This document shows, piece by piece, positions 1 through 14,000 of a stretch of 64,000 bases of DNA. The stretch is from contig NC_086097.1 of the NCBI RefSeq assembly GCF_963921235.1, positions 39,682,001 through 39,746,000 on the forward strand, written 5' to 3'. The position numbers were made by a program, and so were the translations under genes. This stretch comes from Mobula hypostoma (taxonomy: Eukaryota). Numbering within the stretch: the stretch's first letter is position 1; each line of letters opens with the position of its first letter. The notes under the pieces are model-generated. The model saw nothing but the letters and a program-made list of their open reading frames with translations. It did not search any database and was not told where the DNA came from.

Positions 1-255
1 TTACCTACCTTCAGACCCTTCGGCTTCTCAATCACTTTCTCTCAAGTAATCGCAACTGCACTTACGTTAGCCCTCTGACACTCTCGAACATACTGGAATA
101 CCGCAAGTATCTTCCACAGTGAAGGCTGATTCAAAATACTTATTTAGTTCGTCTGCCGTTTCCCATTACTACTTTTTCAGTGTCATTTTCCAGTAGTCTG
201 ATAGCTACTCTTACCTCTCTTTTGCAGTTTATGTATCTGAAGCAACTTCTGGTAA
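1..255 (-). mobile_element. Old CR1 LINE ORF2 fragment
   Basis: The reverse complement around 100-155 translates to ADELNKYFESAFTVED, the same CR1 motif as the LNEYFASVFT seen elsewhere in the window. Confidence 0.7.
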
Positions 256-261
256 CCTAAG

Positions 262-612
262 GGACTTGCAAATTTCTACATTTGTACCATGGGGAATAAT
301 TCTGACTGGTTGCATCACTGTCTGGTCTGGAGGGGCCACTATACAGGATCAGAAAAAGCTGCAGAAAGCTGTCATCTCAGCCAGCTCCATCATGGGCGCT
401 AGCCTCCCCAGCATCCAGCACATCTTCAAAATCAAAGCCTCAAAAAGTCAGCATCCATCATTAAGAACCCCCATCGCCCAGGACATGCCCTCTTTTCATT
501 GCTACCATTAAGGAGGAGGTACGGGAACCCAAAGACACACACTCAACATTTCAGGAAAGTTTCTTCCCCTCTGCCATCAGATTTCTGAATGGGCAATGAA
601 CCTATGAACACT
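262..612 (+). mobile_element. Rex1/Babar LINE 3' ORF fragment
   Basis: ORF 266-511 (ILTGCITVW..DQKKLQKAV..LPSIQHIF) and downstream SFFPSAIRFLN-like codons match the Rex1-type ORF C-terminus. Confidence 0.7.
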
Positions 613-616
613 ACCT

Positions 617-1186
617 CAGTACATTTCTGGCTTACTGGGACGCATAGGGACCAGTACATTTTGGGTAATTAAATGGCTGCCACAGGTAGTCAAAGTTTAA
701 TAGAAGTGGTTTAAATGAGACAAACTACATTTAACTGAGTAATAAATTATGTATTTTAAATGAAATACAGAACAAGTTAGACTGCTACCAATATTACTAC
801 AGTACTATATAGCCGTCTATTAGTTGCTAATAGTTATCGACAAAGGAATTCAAACAGTGTACTCTGCCATGTTCTTTTGATTGACCATAAATGAACAAAA
901 TCAGTGCAGACGCCTAGTGAAGATAATGAGGACTGCCTTGATTGCCCTCCTGCATGAAGTAGTATTGAAAAATCACTGCCTTTTCATTCATTGTCAGTCA
1001 GCTCAGATGAATAACATAATACAAACGCAACTGATACTAACTAAAAACTGTTCGCTCAAAGGTCGGTGTAATGTCTAACGGCCACACAAGTGCACATGAC
1101 TGATGCCAGTTAGAAACTGTTCAGCAACAGTCTCTTGTCCCAATTAAGTGCAAGTGTCCCAAATAATTGAAGGAAATCCCGGCTAT
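617..1186 (-). mobile_element. Truncated copy of the Tigger/pogo-like MITE, same family as 3308-7938
   Basis: 617-830 is the reverse complement of about 7720-7938, and 1075-1186 is the reverse complement of about 3378-3490. Confidence 0.75.
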
Positions 1187-1189
1187 GCA

Positions 1190-2787
1190 GTGAGGGCAGG
1201 GAATCTTCTGGAGTCAGATGGGGGAATTGCTGTTGCAACCTTCCATCGCTCTCGGGCAGCCAGCAGGTCTGCAAGACACTTCTCCTTTAAGTTGTCATGG
1301 GCAAGTCTTGCCAAGGGCCACCATCCAGTCCGGTCTGGTCTTGTGTACACTGTTCCAGCTGCTTTGGAGTGAGTCCAGCATATACAATTTGAACCTCTTT
1401 TGGTACTTGAACCTCATTTGAACCTCTTGTGAGGCCTACTTTGGTTCTTCTTGCCCAGAGACAGCACGCCATACAGCAGTTGTTTGAGGATTCTGGAGTC
1501 CTCCATGTGTATGACATGTCCTGTCCATTGAAAATGGGCTTTCAGGATCATGGCCTCAATGTTCGTGGTTCCACTCTGCCGAGGACTTCTAGGTTTGTGA
1601 CTTGGTCCTAGGATCAACCTCAGAAAATGAATATGGAAGCTGTCTGAGAGGTCTCCTGTTATCAGTCCATTTTTCACTGTTAAAGTAAAGGAGATTGCTC
1701 ATGATGACAGCATTGTACACCTTGAACTTTGTGGATAGACCGATGTTATGCTGGTTCAACATGTGCAAATGCTGGTGGCCAGGGTTCTGTCTGGCTTTGT
1801 AAATCCTGGCATTGATTTCCTTGTCCAGGGAGACATCACTAGATACGATGCTTCTGAGGTAGCTGAACTCATCTACCATATTCCGTCCTGCTCCCACAGT
1901 GGTGATGGAAGGAGGGGCAGCAGCAGATCCAGGACCAGAATGAAATAGGACTTCCATCCTTACCAGGCTGATGGTGGGGCTGAAGAGACGAGAAAGTTGT
2001 TGACAGTAAGTTAGAGATCAGACTCTGTGTTGGCCACCAGGGCACAGTCATCAGCATAAAACACGTCAAGGACGAGTTTCTCAATTGTCTTGAATTAGGC
2101 ATTTGGACAACGCAGGTCAAAGAGTGATCCATCAAGCCTATACTTCAGATACACACACTGTTCAAGGTCTCTGACAGCAATGTTCAGCATGCATGTGAAA
2201 AATAGGTAAACAATGACAGGGGCCAAACACACATGCTTGTTTCACACTGTTTGAAGTGTTGAATTGGCTCTGAATCTCTCCCTTTGCCGGGACGAGGCCA
2301 GACATATTGTCATGAAAGAGACGAATGAGGCTGATGAGTCTGCAAGGGCCTCCCAGCTGCGACAATATGAACCACAGTGCTTCCCTGTTAACCGTGTCGG
2401 ACGCTTTGGTTAGATTGCGAATAGGAATTCAAACCTTGTTCCGCGCACTTTTCCTGAACCCGACGACCAACAAAAACCAGGTGGATGGTGCTGCGACCTG
2501 AGCAAAAACCACACTGTGTCTCAGGTGGGTTTGCTTCTGATATGCTGGTGATCAGGTGGTTGAGAATTATATGGGACAGGACCTTCCTGGTAATGGACAA
2601 AAGGAAGATGCCTCAGCAGTTGTTACAGTCAACTTCACTTCCCTTGTCTTCTTCTTCCCAGATGTTCATTGGAATGCTGTGGAAGGTTCTGATTGCAACT
2701 GGCTCTACCGACTTGAAGATCTCGGCAGGTGTTCTGTCCTGTCTGGGGGAATTTTCCAGAGCTTGATCAAGCTCATCCAATGTCCAT
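1190..2787 (-). mobile_element. Degenerate RTE-clade (BovB-like) LINE
   Basis: Frameshifted minus-strand ORFs carry PETQCGF, LFHDNM, FSYLRSIVS..EINARI and WTGHVIHMEDSRILKQLLYG motifs. Confidence 0.85.
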
Positions 2788-3848
2788 TGTAAGTACTCAC
2801 ATGAAAACAATAATGTACAAAATAAACCTGCATTACTGTACAACATCTAGAGGAATGTTGTCTCCTTTGGTGGTATGCATATATACGGTTTAATGATGAT
2901 GAACTTAAGCTTGTATTAGTAAGTGTTCCTTGTTTTACTTTAGTTACGCATATCACCAATGAGAGGGGGCAGTTGGTCTAGAGAACCTAGTATTACACTT
3001 GCAACCTCAAACATTTATGCCAGGGAACCAATAGTTTAACTTTATCAAGGTTTTCAAAGGGAGAGACTGAGGTTTGGAGATCAAGGGCTTGTGTGGGGTC
3101 TTTGCTAGGGAGATAACTTTGGTGTCTGGGTGGAGGAGGTTGATGACTCTGTGTCTTGGCTGGGGATGTGCGTTAGAAATCTGGTGATTGACGAGTTGGA
3201 ATCCTGAGGAGATTTGGTTGGTGGGGGCTGTTGGAAGGTGAAGAGATGGGAGGAAACTTTGGGGCGCACTTAGTGACAAGTCGTTTGGGGAAAGGGGATA
3301 AAATATACAGTGGATTCCAGTTAATGGGGACAGCTACTTATTTGGGACAACTCAAGGAACAGAAATGAATGGAGAAAGTAGCCAGGATTCCCTTCAGTTA
3401 TTTGTGACACATATGCTGATCAGGACAGGAGACTGTTGCCAAACAGTTTCTAACTAGTGTCAGCGGCATGAACTTGTTCGGATATTAGACACTACACCAT
3501 ACTTAGAGCAAATAGTTTTTAAATAGCATCATTTGTGTGTGGTCGTGTTCAAAAAGGGATGATTTTCTCACTGATAGTTGGTAAGAAATAAGGAGTAAGA
3601 CATAAGGAGTAGGACAATTTAGAATTGTTTTGCTCACAGCGGTTTCAAGCATTCAGGCTTGGAAATGCCAGAAACTACTTCAATAAGTTAGGAACTACAA
3701 AGAATTTGAAGGTATCGACAATCATCTTGAATGTCAAATGAAAATGAAGATTTGTTGAAAGCATTGTATGAAGGCAGTCGATTATCTGCCCGAAATGTCT
3801 GCACTAATTTTGATAATTTACAGTCAATAAAAAGAACCCAACAGCGTA

Positions 3849-6800
3849 TTGGTTGTCTGTTGTAAATGGCAATGATAGTGAAACCTGTGCGGGAGAGTTT
3901 TTTAAAGTAGATAAGTCATTGTACTGGGACAGACCCACTCTCTCGACCTTGGAGTAGTTGTCACAAACTGAAGTCTTCCTTGCTTGCGGTGGATGTTTGA
4001 TCAAGGCACGACTGAGTAGACGTGTGGACATAGCGAGTCCACAATATCCTGAAGTGGGAAGGTGAACAGCCAGAGGTTATGGTACATAGGTAGGAAAAGG
4101 GAGGAGGTCCTGAAAACAGACTACAGAGACTTAAGAAGGAAGTTGAGAAGCAGGACCTCAAAGGTAGCAATCTCGGGATTACCGCCTGTGCCACGCGACA
4201 GTGAGTATAGGAATAGAGTGAGGTGGGAGACAAATGTGTGGCTGAGGAATTGCAGCAGGGGGCAAGGATTCAGATTTCTGGAACATTGGGACCTCTTTTG
4301 GGGCAGGCGTGACCTGTATGAAAAGAACGGGCTGCACTTGAATCCGAGGGGACTAATATCCTGGCAGAGAGGTTTGCAAAGGCTGTTGGGGAGAGTTTAA
4401 ACAAAAATTGCTGGGGGGTAGGAACCAAACTGAAGAGACGGAGGAAAGGACAGTTGGCTCACAAATCGAGAAAGCTTGTAGACAGTGTGAGAGGGAGGAT
4501 AGGCAGGTGATAGAGAAGAGATGCACTCAGACTGATGGTTTGAGATGTGTCTATTTTAATGCAAGGAGTATCATGAACGGAGCGGATGAGCTTAGAACAT
4601 GGATCAGTACTTGGAGCTATGATGTTGTGGCCATTACAGAGACTTGCATGGCTCAGGGACAGGAATGGCTACTTAGAGTGCCAGGCTTTAGATGTTTCAG
4701 AAAGGACAGGGAGGGAGGCAAAAGAGGTGGGGGCATGGCACTGTTGATCAGAGATAGTGTCACAGGTTCAGAAAAGGAGCAAGTCATGGAGGGATTGTCT
4801 ACTGAGTCTCTGTGGGTGGAAATTAGAAACAGGAAGGGATCAATAGCTCTACTGGGTGTTTTTTATAGACCAGACAATAACAGTAACAGGAAGATCGAGG
4901 AGCAGGGAGACAGATTCTGGAAAGGTGTAATAATAACAGGGTTGTCTTAGTGGGAGCTTTTAAATTTCCAAATATTGATTGGCATTTCCCAAGAGCAAGG
5001 GGTTTAGATGGGGTGGAGTTTGTTAGGTGTGTTCAGGAAGGTTTCCTGACACAATATGTAGATAAGCCTACAAGAGGAGAGGCTGTACTTAATCTGGTAT
5101 TGAAGGGAACTTGGTCAGTTGTCAGGTCTCTCAGTGGGAGAGCATTTTGGAGATAGTAATCATAATTCTGTCTCCTTTACCATAGCATTGGAGAGGGATA
5201 GGGTCAGACAAGTTAGGAAAACCTTTAATTGAAGTAAGGGGAGATATGAAGCTATCAGGCAGGAACTTGGAAGCATAAGTTGGGAGCAAATGTTCTCAGG
5301 GAAATATACAGCAGAAAAGTGGCAAATATTCAGGGGATATTTGCGTGGCATTCTGCATAGGTAAGTTCCAATGAGACAGGGCAAGGATAGTAAGGCACAG
5401 GAACCATGGTGTACAAAGGCTGTTGAAAATCTAGTCAAGAAGAAAAGAAAAGCTTACGACAGGTTCAAAAAACTAGGTAATGATAGACATCTAGAAGATT
5501 ATAAGGCTAGCAGGAAGGAGCTTAAGAATGAAATTAAGGGAGCCAGAAGGGACCATGAGAAGGCCTTGGCGAGCAGGATTAAGGAAAACCCCAAGGCATT
5601 CTACAAATATGTGAAGAGCAAGAGGATAAGATATGACAGAATAGGAACAATCAAGTGTGACAGTGGAAAAGTGCGTATGGAACCGGAGGAGGTAGCAGAG
5701 GTACTTAATGAATACTTTGCTTCAGTATTCACTACGGAAGAGGACCCTGGTGATTGTAGGGATGACTTACTGCACACTGAAAAGCTTGAGCATATAGACA
5801 TTAAGAAAGAGGATGTGCTGGAGCTTTTGGAAAGCATCCAGTTGGATAAGTCACTGGGACCGGACAAGATATACCCCAGGCTACTGTGGGAAGCAAGGGA
5901 GGAGATTGCTGAGCCTCTGGCAATGGGGACGCAAGAGATTCTGGAGGATTGGAGGGTTACAGATGTTGTTCCCTTATTCAAGAAAGGAAGTAGAGATAGC
6001 CCAGGGAATTAGTGAGTCTTACTTAAGTGGTTGGAAAGCTGATGGAGAAGATCCTGGGAGGCAGGATTTAGAGAGGCATAATATGATTAGGAGTAGCCAG
6101 CATGACTTTTTCAAAGGCAGGTCATGCCTCACGAGCCTGACTGAATTTTTTGAGGCTGTGACTAAACACATTGATGAAGGTAGAGTAGTAGATGTAGTGT
6201 ATATGGATTTCAGTAAGGCATTTGATAAGGTACCCCATGCAAGGCTTATTGAGAAAGTAAGGAGGCATAGTATCCAAGGGGATCTTGCTTTGTGGATCCA
6301 GAACTGGCTTGCCCACAGAAGGCAAACAATAGTTATAGACGGGTCATATTCTTCACGGAGGTCGGTGACCAGTGGTGTGTTCAGGGATCTGTTCTGGGAC
6401 CCTTACTCGTCGTGATTTTTATAAATGACTTGGATGAGGTTAGTAAATTTGCTGATGACACAAAGATTGGGGGTGTTGTGGATAGTGTGGAGGGCTGTCA
6501 GAGGTCACAGCGAGACATCGACAGGATGCAAAACTGGGCTGCGAAGTGGCAGATGGATTTTAACCCAGATAAGTGTGAGGTGTTTCATTTTGGTAGGTCA
6601 AATATGATGGCAGAATATAGTATCAATGGTAAGATCCTTGGCAGTGTGGAGGATCAGAGGGATTTTGTGGTTCGAGTCCATAGGACACACAAGGCTGCTG
6701 CACAGGTTGACTCTGTGGTTAAGAAGGCATATGGTGCATTGGCCTTCATCAACCATGGGATTGAGTTTAAGAGCCATGAGGTAATGTTACGCTATATAGG

Positions 6801-7685
6801 ACCCTGGTCAGATCCCACTTGGAGTACTGTGCTCAGTTCTGGTCACCTCATTACAGGAAGGACGTGGAAACTATAGAAAGGGTGCAGAGGAGATTTACAA
6901 GGATGTTGCCTGGATTGGGGATTATGCCTTATGTGAATAGGTTGAGTGAACTTGGCCTTTTCTCTTTGGAGCGATGGAGGATGAGAGGTGACCTAATAGA
7001 GGTGTATAAGATGATGAGAGGCATTGATCATGTGGATAGTCAGAGGCTTTTTCCCAGGGCTGAAGTGGCTAACATGAGAGGGCACAGTTTTAAGGTGCTT
7101 GGAAGTAGGTACAGAGGGGATGTCAGGGGTAAGTTTTTTACGCAGAGAGTGGTGAGTGCGTGGAATAGGCTGCCAGTGACGGTGGTGGAGGTGGATATGA
7201 TAGGGTCTTTTAAGAGACTCCTGGATAGGTAGATGGAGCTTAGAAAAATAGAGGGCTATGGGTAACCCTGGGTAATTTCTAAAGTAAGTACATGTTCAGC
7301 ACAGCATTGTGGGCCGAAGGGCCTGTATTGTGCTGCAGGTTTTCTATGTTTCTATGCCCCTTCGCTCTCCGTGAAGCATTGCAGAATGCTTGGCTGTTGG
7401 ATCTCACTGTTGATCTCAACCACCCAGTTGCCAGAGCTGACCTCGTGCTAGGCCAGGCATACCTGTACTCCACCGGGTATGAGGCCTGCCAGCTACGCTC
7501 ACCTGGTTTAGGCTGTTGAAGCGGTGTATCAGAGGGTGGCTGCTGTCACATGCAAACAAATACTAGGAGCTACAGGTGAAAGCTCAATGTTAGGTGGAGT
7601 CCAAAAGTGAGTGAGTTGCCCCAGAATGGACACGACAAGCCCCTTCACTAGAGTACTATCTCTTCCTGGACATCCCATACATGGA
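3849..7685 (-). mobile_element. RTE-derived non-autonomous element, split by a CR1 into 3849-~4000 and 7357-7685
   Basis: 7357-7685 resembles an RTE 5' UTR on the minus strand and 3849-3880 resembles an RTE 3' end (..AGACAACCAA). Both lie exactly in the gap of the MITE. Confidence 0.5.
4020..7356 (+). mobile_element. Near full-length CR1 LINE (end of ORF1 esterase, then ORF2 endonuclease and RT), frameshifted
   Basis: ORF1 SGNH-like segment (ISGLPPVP..HWDLFWGRRDLYEKNGLHLN), endonuclease [36 protein letters not shown] and FADD, and a (TTTCTATG)n tail. Confidence 0.95.
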
Positions 7686-8080
7686 AGTGTACACTGAATG
7701 AATTTCTCCATCAATGACTATTAGGAACTAATACACAGTTTTGTAGTACTTTAGTAGCATTAGTAGTGTTCTAATTTGTTCTGTTTATTTAAATACACAA
7801 TGTATTACTCAGTTAAATGGTACTTCATCTTTTTTATATGTTTTTAACTATTTCCATGAAACTTTGGGTAATGGGCAGCCGCTTAATTGGGCCAAAATGT
7901 ATTGGCCCTGATGTGTCCCAGTTAACTGGAATCCACTGTACTTGGAGGGTTAAAGCCAGGGACTGTCTGGCAGTGGTAGAGGGTGGGAGTGAGGGGTAAT
8001 GAGCATGTGGTCTTTGGTTTTGTTCAGCACCGGAAGTGTAGAATTAAGTAATCAGACTTATCTTGGTAGGTTCTCAGAAT

Positions 8081-8495
8081 CCTACAGATGCTGCCTGGCC
8101 TGCTGCGTTCACCAGCAACTTTGATGTGTGTTGCTTGAATTTCCAGCATCTGCAGAAGACCGCTTTGCTGAACATCTACGCTCTGTCCGCCAGAGAAAGC
8201 AGGATCTCCCAGTGGCCACACATTTTAATTCCACATCCCATTCCCATTCTGACATGTCTATCCACGGCCTCCTCTACTGTAAAGATGAAGCCACACTCAG
8301 GTTGGAGGAACACCTTATATTCCGTCTGGGTAGCCTCCAACCTGATGGCATGAACATTGACTTCTCTAACTTCCGCTAATGCCCCACCTCCCCCTCGTAC
8401 CCCATCTGTTACTTAATTTTATGCACACATTCTTTCTCACACTCTCCTTTTTCTCCCTCTGTCCCTCTGAATATACCTCTTGCCCATCCTCTGGG
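8081..8495 (+). mobile_element. Penelope-like element fragment: 3' tail piece followed by GIY-YIG C-terminus and 3' UTR
   Basis: 8158-8495 is nearly identical to about 59981-60320. 8081-8157 matches the PLE terminal repeat. Confidence 0.9.
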
Positions 8496-11074
8496 TTTAT
8501 CACAATAAAATCACGCAGGTCTTAGATGACGGCAAGAGGGAGAGTCTGGATCAGCCACTGACCCTGGACGAGCTGACAGGCTCCATCCGTTCCTTTGAGT
8601 CGAGTAAGAATCCCGGAAGTGATGGCTTACCGGCCGAGTTGTACTCGGCTCTGTGGAACTGGATGGGCCCTGACCTGCTGGAAGTGTACAATGCTATGCT
8701 TCTGGCTGGCAGCATGTCAGAGTCCATGAGGAAGGGCATCATCACCCTCATCTACAAGCAGAAGGGGGAAAGGGAGGACATTAGGAATTGGAGGCCCATC
8801 TCTCTCCTGAATGTGGATTACAAGATCCTGTCCAAGGCTATCGCAAACAGGATCAGGTCTGCTCTGGTGATCCACCCGGACCAAACCTGGGCTGTACTGG
8901 GCAGGAAGATCTCAGACAGCCTCGCGCTGCTGAGGGACACCATCGCCTACGTGCAGGACAGGGTGGTGAATGCCTGCCTGGTCAGCTTGGACCAGGAGAA
9001 AGCCTTCGACAGGATATTGCACAAGTACATGGCGGACATGCTGTCCAAAATGGGATTTGGGGAGGGAATCCGAAATTGGATCAGACTGCTCTACACAGAC
9101 ATCCATAGTGCAGTCCAGGTCAACAGGTGGGAAACAGACAGCTTCCCCATCAGGTCTGGAGTCAGGCAGGGCTGTCCCCTCTCCCCTGTCTTGTTTGTGT
9201 GCTGCATAGAACCCTTTGCCGAAGCCATCAGGAGGGATGAAGGCATAAGAGGGGTGACGTTGCCAGGCAGTGAAGGGGCCCAAGTGAAAACCTCCCTGTA
9301 CATGGACGACATCACCATCTTCTGTTCTGATCCGAGGTCAGTTCGCAGGTTGATTGGCATCTGCGAACAGTTTCAGCTAGCATCGGGGGCCAGGGTCAAC
9401 CGCACGAAGAGCGAAGCCATGCTCTTTGGCAACTGGCCTGACCAATCCAATATCCCCTTCACCATCAGGTCTGACCATGTGAAGGTGTTGGGGATCTAGA
9501 TCGGAGGGGCCGAGGCATGCAACAAGAACTGGCAGGAGCGGACTGCCAAGATGAAACAGAAACTGGGACTGTGAGGAGGGCGCTCCCTATCGATAACGTG
9601 CAAGAACCTGTTCCTGCCTGTGGCCATTGAACTTGCAGCTCCTCCCGTGGAGGGTCAGACACCCCGAGCCAATAGGCCGGTCCTGGACTTATTTTCCATC
9701 TGGCATAGTTTGCATTTTGTTGTTTGATTGTTTGTGGTTTTTGTATCGCTGTATTTATGCTCTATTCTTGGTTGGTGTGGCTGTAACGAAACCCAATTTC
9801 CCTTGGGATCAATAAAGTATATCCATCTATCTATCATCAGGTGTGAGGTGTTCTCAGGTCTGCTGTACTTGGTGCAAGTGTGGCCCATCCTTCGCTCCTA
9901 CAGCTCGGAAATCACCCGAGCTGTCTTCAGATTCATCTAGGGATCCAAGATGGAGCGGGTCAGACGGACCGTCATGCACAAGTCCCTGGACAATGGGGGC
10001 AAGAATGTCCCCAATGTTGCCCTCACCCTGATGACCAGCTTTGTGTGTGGTTGCATCAGGTTGTGTGTAGAACTCAGGTATGTGGGCACCAAGTACCACT
10101 ATGTGCCCAGGTTCTACCTGTTGCCCTGGCTACGATGGATGGGTTTGGCCCCACTCCCGTGCAACGCCCCAGTCAGCTGGTCGTTGCTGCCATACCTGGC
10201 CTTTGTGAAGAAGTTCTTCCAGGACAATGCTTTCGACCACAGGGCCATCAGGCAGTGGTCGGTACGTAATGTCCTGCAGGCACTGCAGGAGAAGGACGTG
10301 ATGGACACAGTGGGGTGGTTCCCTGAGCAGACCGTCCAGTTCATCTGGCAAAATGCCTCATCGCCAGACCTCACCAACGGGCACCAGGACCTCGCATGGC
10401 TGGCGGTGAGAGGGGCCCTCCCAGTCAGAACCCTCCTGTACGCCTGGAACGTCGCCTCCACACCCCGCTGCCTGCGGGAGGACTGCAGTGAGGAGGAGTC
10501 TGTCTGTGACCCACCTCGTTGCACACTGTCAGTTCACAGAGAAGGTGTGGAGGAGGATGGACGGGCTAGTGTCACGTTTCATCCCCAGCAGCTGCGTAAC
10601 AGAGGACTCTCTGATCTACGGGCTGTTCCCGGGGACGCACACGGAGACCAACATCCGGTGCTGCTGGCAGATCATCAACTCGGTGAAAGACGCTCTTCGG
10701 TCGGCCTGAAACTTGATGATCTTCCAGCACATGGAGATGTCTGTGGCAGAAACCTTCCGACTGGCATATTCTCGGCTGCAGGAGTACGTGCTGAGGGACG
10801 CACTGAAACTTGGTGCAGCCACCGCAAGGGCCCGGTGGGGAAGGACCACGGTTCAGGGTTCTTCTCCCGTGGGATTGGGAGGGGTCAGGTGGTGAGGAGT
10901 ATACCCCTCATCAGCGGTGTGGATGGATGAATCAACAGAGTGCCACGTGAGTGGCTAAAAGTGTGGAAATGTTTAGAATATAGTGGAAATGTCTGTAAAG
11001 GATTGAGAGTCATTGAATGGTTTATTGTATATAATTTTATTTTTGAATGAAGTATATTTTGAAATATAAAAAAA
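8496..11074 (+). mobile_element. 5'-truncated Tx1-clade LINE (RT plus C-terminal Cys/His domain)
   Basis: ORF 8480-9499 has NWRPISLLNVDYKIL, SLDQEKAFD, GVRQGCPLSP and YMDD. Later frames carry GGKNVPN and a C..C..HL motif. The element ends in an A-rich tail at 11062-11074. Confidence 0.9.
9610..9833 (+). mobile_element. Rex1-type LINE 3' end inserted into the Tx1
   Basis: Starts with FLPVAI codons and ends GGGATCAATAAAGTA plus a (TCTA)-like tail. The Tx1 reading (KNL / IRCEVF) resumes across it. Confidence 0.75.
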
Positions 11075-14000
11075 ATGGTTGTTGACGAGGGACTGAGCAG
11101 TAGGCCTCCCCCACACACACAGGCAGGGCTCATGAAGACGAGACCTGGGAACCGAACATCGTGCCTTCCCAGGGAGGCCCGATGGAGCGAGCGTGCCCAG
11201 GCTTCCCAACCCGGGGAATAGAGTGGAGCACATCACTCGCCTCCATCGCGACCCACAGCGGGGAACCCAAGACGCTGTAGCCATGGGAAGATGGGCACCA
11301 TGGCAGACGAGGCCGGAGCAAGAGGAAGTTCAAAGGGCCTCAATGATTTGCGCCTCAAGGTTTATCCTGAAGCTCCCCAGATATGACGCTACCAGCCGCC
11401 TGGAGCCTTACCTGGCGCAAGTCAAACTTGCCACATGGCGCAATGGATGGAGCCCTGCCGAGACACAGCACCTTGCCCTGGCGCTGGAGGGAGATGCCCT
11501 GAAGGCGCTCATCGACCTAACGCCGGTGGAGCAGGGAGACTACTCTTCGTAGCACTGGAGCGGTGTTTCGAGCAGAGGCCATAGGCGGAATCAATGAGGG
11601 AAGAACTGTGCTGCAGACGGTGCTGCATAGGAAAAAACTTGGGGGGCGCTTGCAGCAGATCTCCGCCACTGTGCTCGGCGTGTCTACCCCGAGTTCCCTC
11701 CCGCGGCCCAGGGAGAGCTTGCTCTCCACACCTTTGTAAGGACGCTGACGCCAAAGCACCCAGCAGAATGTTCGCTTAATGTTGGACGAAGCGTTGGCCG
11801 AGGCGGAGAGAGCAGAAGCAATTTCCCCCCCCCCCCCAAAGTGTTCCAGCATCACCCCGCACGTCGGAAGACTGGGCTTGTGCCGCCGAGCATGAGGAGG
11901 AAACTGATGAGAAGGAGCCCGTGAGACAAGTCTGGCCAGCGCCACGCCGACCCTGCCGCCGGCCACGAAATGACCTTTGCTACCGGTGCAGTGAGGCAGG
12001 TCAACACTCACCACACGCTGGAGGTACTCAGCAGGTCGGGCAGCATCCGTGGAAACGATCAGTCAATGTTTCGGGCCGGAACCCTTCTGAAGAGGGAAGG
12101 GGCAGAGGCCCTATAAAGGAGGTGGGGGGAGCGTGGGAAGGAGAAGGCTGGTAGGTTCCAGGTGAAAAACCAGTAAGGGGAAAGATAAAGGATGGGGGAG
12201 GGGAGGCAGGGGGGGATAGGCAGGAAAGGTGAAGAAAGAATAGGGGAAAACACAACGGGTAATAGAAGGAGACAGAACCATGAGGGAGGTGATAGGCAGC
12301 TGGGGGAGGGGGCAGAGTGAAATAGGGATAGAGGGTGGAGGGAATTACCGGAAGTTGGAGAATTCTATGTTCATACCAAGGGCTGGAGACTACCCAGATG
12401 GTATATGAGGTGTTGCTCCTCCAACCTGAGTTTAGCCTCATCATGGCAGTAGAGGAGGCCATGTATGGACATATCCGAATGGGAATGTGCAGCAGAGTTG
12501 AAGTGGGTAGCAACCGGGAGATCCGGACCGCTACCTCACTGACGCCAAACAGCAGCTCTCTGCCACCTCCTCTTACTTACCCCTGGAACAGGACCCCACC
12601 AAAAAACATCAAACCATTGTCTCCCGTACCATCACTGCCCTTATCAACTCTGGAGACCTTCCATCCTCAGCCACTAAACTCATAATTCCCACACCCCGCA
12701 CTTCTTGGTTTTACCTCCTCCCCAAGATCCACAAGCCTGACTGTCCCGGTAGACCCATAGCTTCTTCCTGCACCTGCCCTGCCTAACTTGTACCTGCTTA
12801 CGTGGACTCCATTTTGTCAGCCATAGTTCAGTCCCTCCGCACCTACATCTGGGATACATCCCATGCCCTAAAACCTCTTCAATAACTTCCAATTTCCCCA
12901 GTCCCGACCGCTTCATTTTCACTATGGATGTCCAATCCTTATATACTTCCATTCCCCATCAAGACGGCCTCAAAGCCCTCCGCTACTTTCTGGACAATAG
13001 ACCTCACCAGTTCCCCACTACCATTACCCTCCTCCGGTTGGCGGAACTGGTACTCACAGTTAATAACTTCTCTTTTGGCTCTTCCCACTTTCTTTGGACC
13101 AAGGGTGTAGCTATGGGCTCTCGCATGGGCCCCAGCTATGCCTGCCTCTTCGTTGGTTATGTGGAACAGTCTGTGCTCCAAACCTATTCTGGTACTGCTC
13201 CCCAACTTTTCCTTCGGTACATTGACGACTACATTGGTGCTGCTTCCTGCACCCATGCTGAGCTCGTCAATTTCATCGACTTTACTTCAAACTTCCACCC
13301 TGCCCTCAAATTCACTTGGTCCATCTCGGACACTTCTCCCCCCTTTCTCGATCTCTCAGTCTCCATCTCTGGAGACAGACTGTCCACTGACATTTCTATA
13401 AGCCCACTGACTCGCATAACTACCTCGAGTGTACCTCTTCCCACCTTGCCACATGCAAAAAAGCCATTCCCCATTCCCAGTTCCTCCGTCTCCGTCGCAT
13501 CTGCTCCCAGGATGAGGCTTTCCGTTCCAGGACATCTCAAATGTCCCCTTTCTTTAAGGATTGTGGTTTCCCTTCTGCCATCATCAATGATGCCCTCACC
13601 CACATCTCCTCCATTTCCCGCACTTCGGCCCTCAATCTATCCTCCCATCACCGCAACAGGGACAGAGTTCCCCTTATCCTCACTTAGCACCCCACCAGCC
13701 TCCAGATCCAGCACATTATCCTCCGCAACTTCCTGCATCTTTGGCCTGGACCTGCTGTCCTGCTGGGGGGCCCGTGTGGATGTGTCAGGTACAACACTCT
13801 GCCTCGGAGCTGAAGCTGTGGCTGTCCGGCAGGGCAGCTCCAGGGAGCGGCCCCACCGGGGGCAGCAGCCACCGCTGGTTTCACAGCGGCCCGTGGCAGT
13901 GCAGCACAACTGGCCGCAGCCCAACGCAACACAGCTGAACCATGGGCAAACGACGGTGACGGCACTTTTGTGGGATTATGGTGGGAAGTTCCATTTCATT

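Larger units (their letters stand above)
3308..7938. mobile_element. Tigger/pogo-like (Tc1-mariner) MITE interrupted by nested insertions
   Basis: Terminal inverted repeats (TIRs) CAGTGGATTCCAGTTAA at 3308 and TTAACTGGAATCCACTG ending at 7938, with TA on both sides. The arms 3308-3848 and about 7686-7938 are collinear with the copy at 617-1186. Confidence 0.85.

Noticed and set aside
2788..2997. Possible solo LTR (TGTAAGTAC..GTATTACA)
   Set aside because: No TSD and no second copy in the window.
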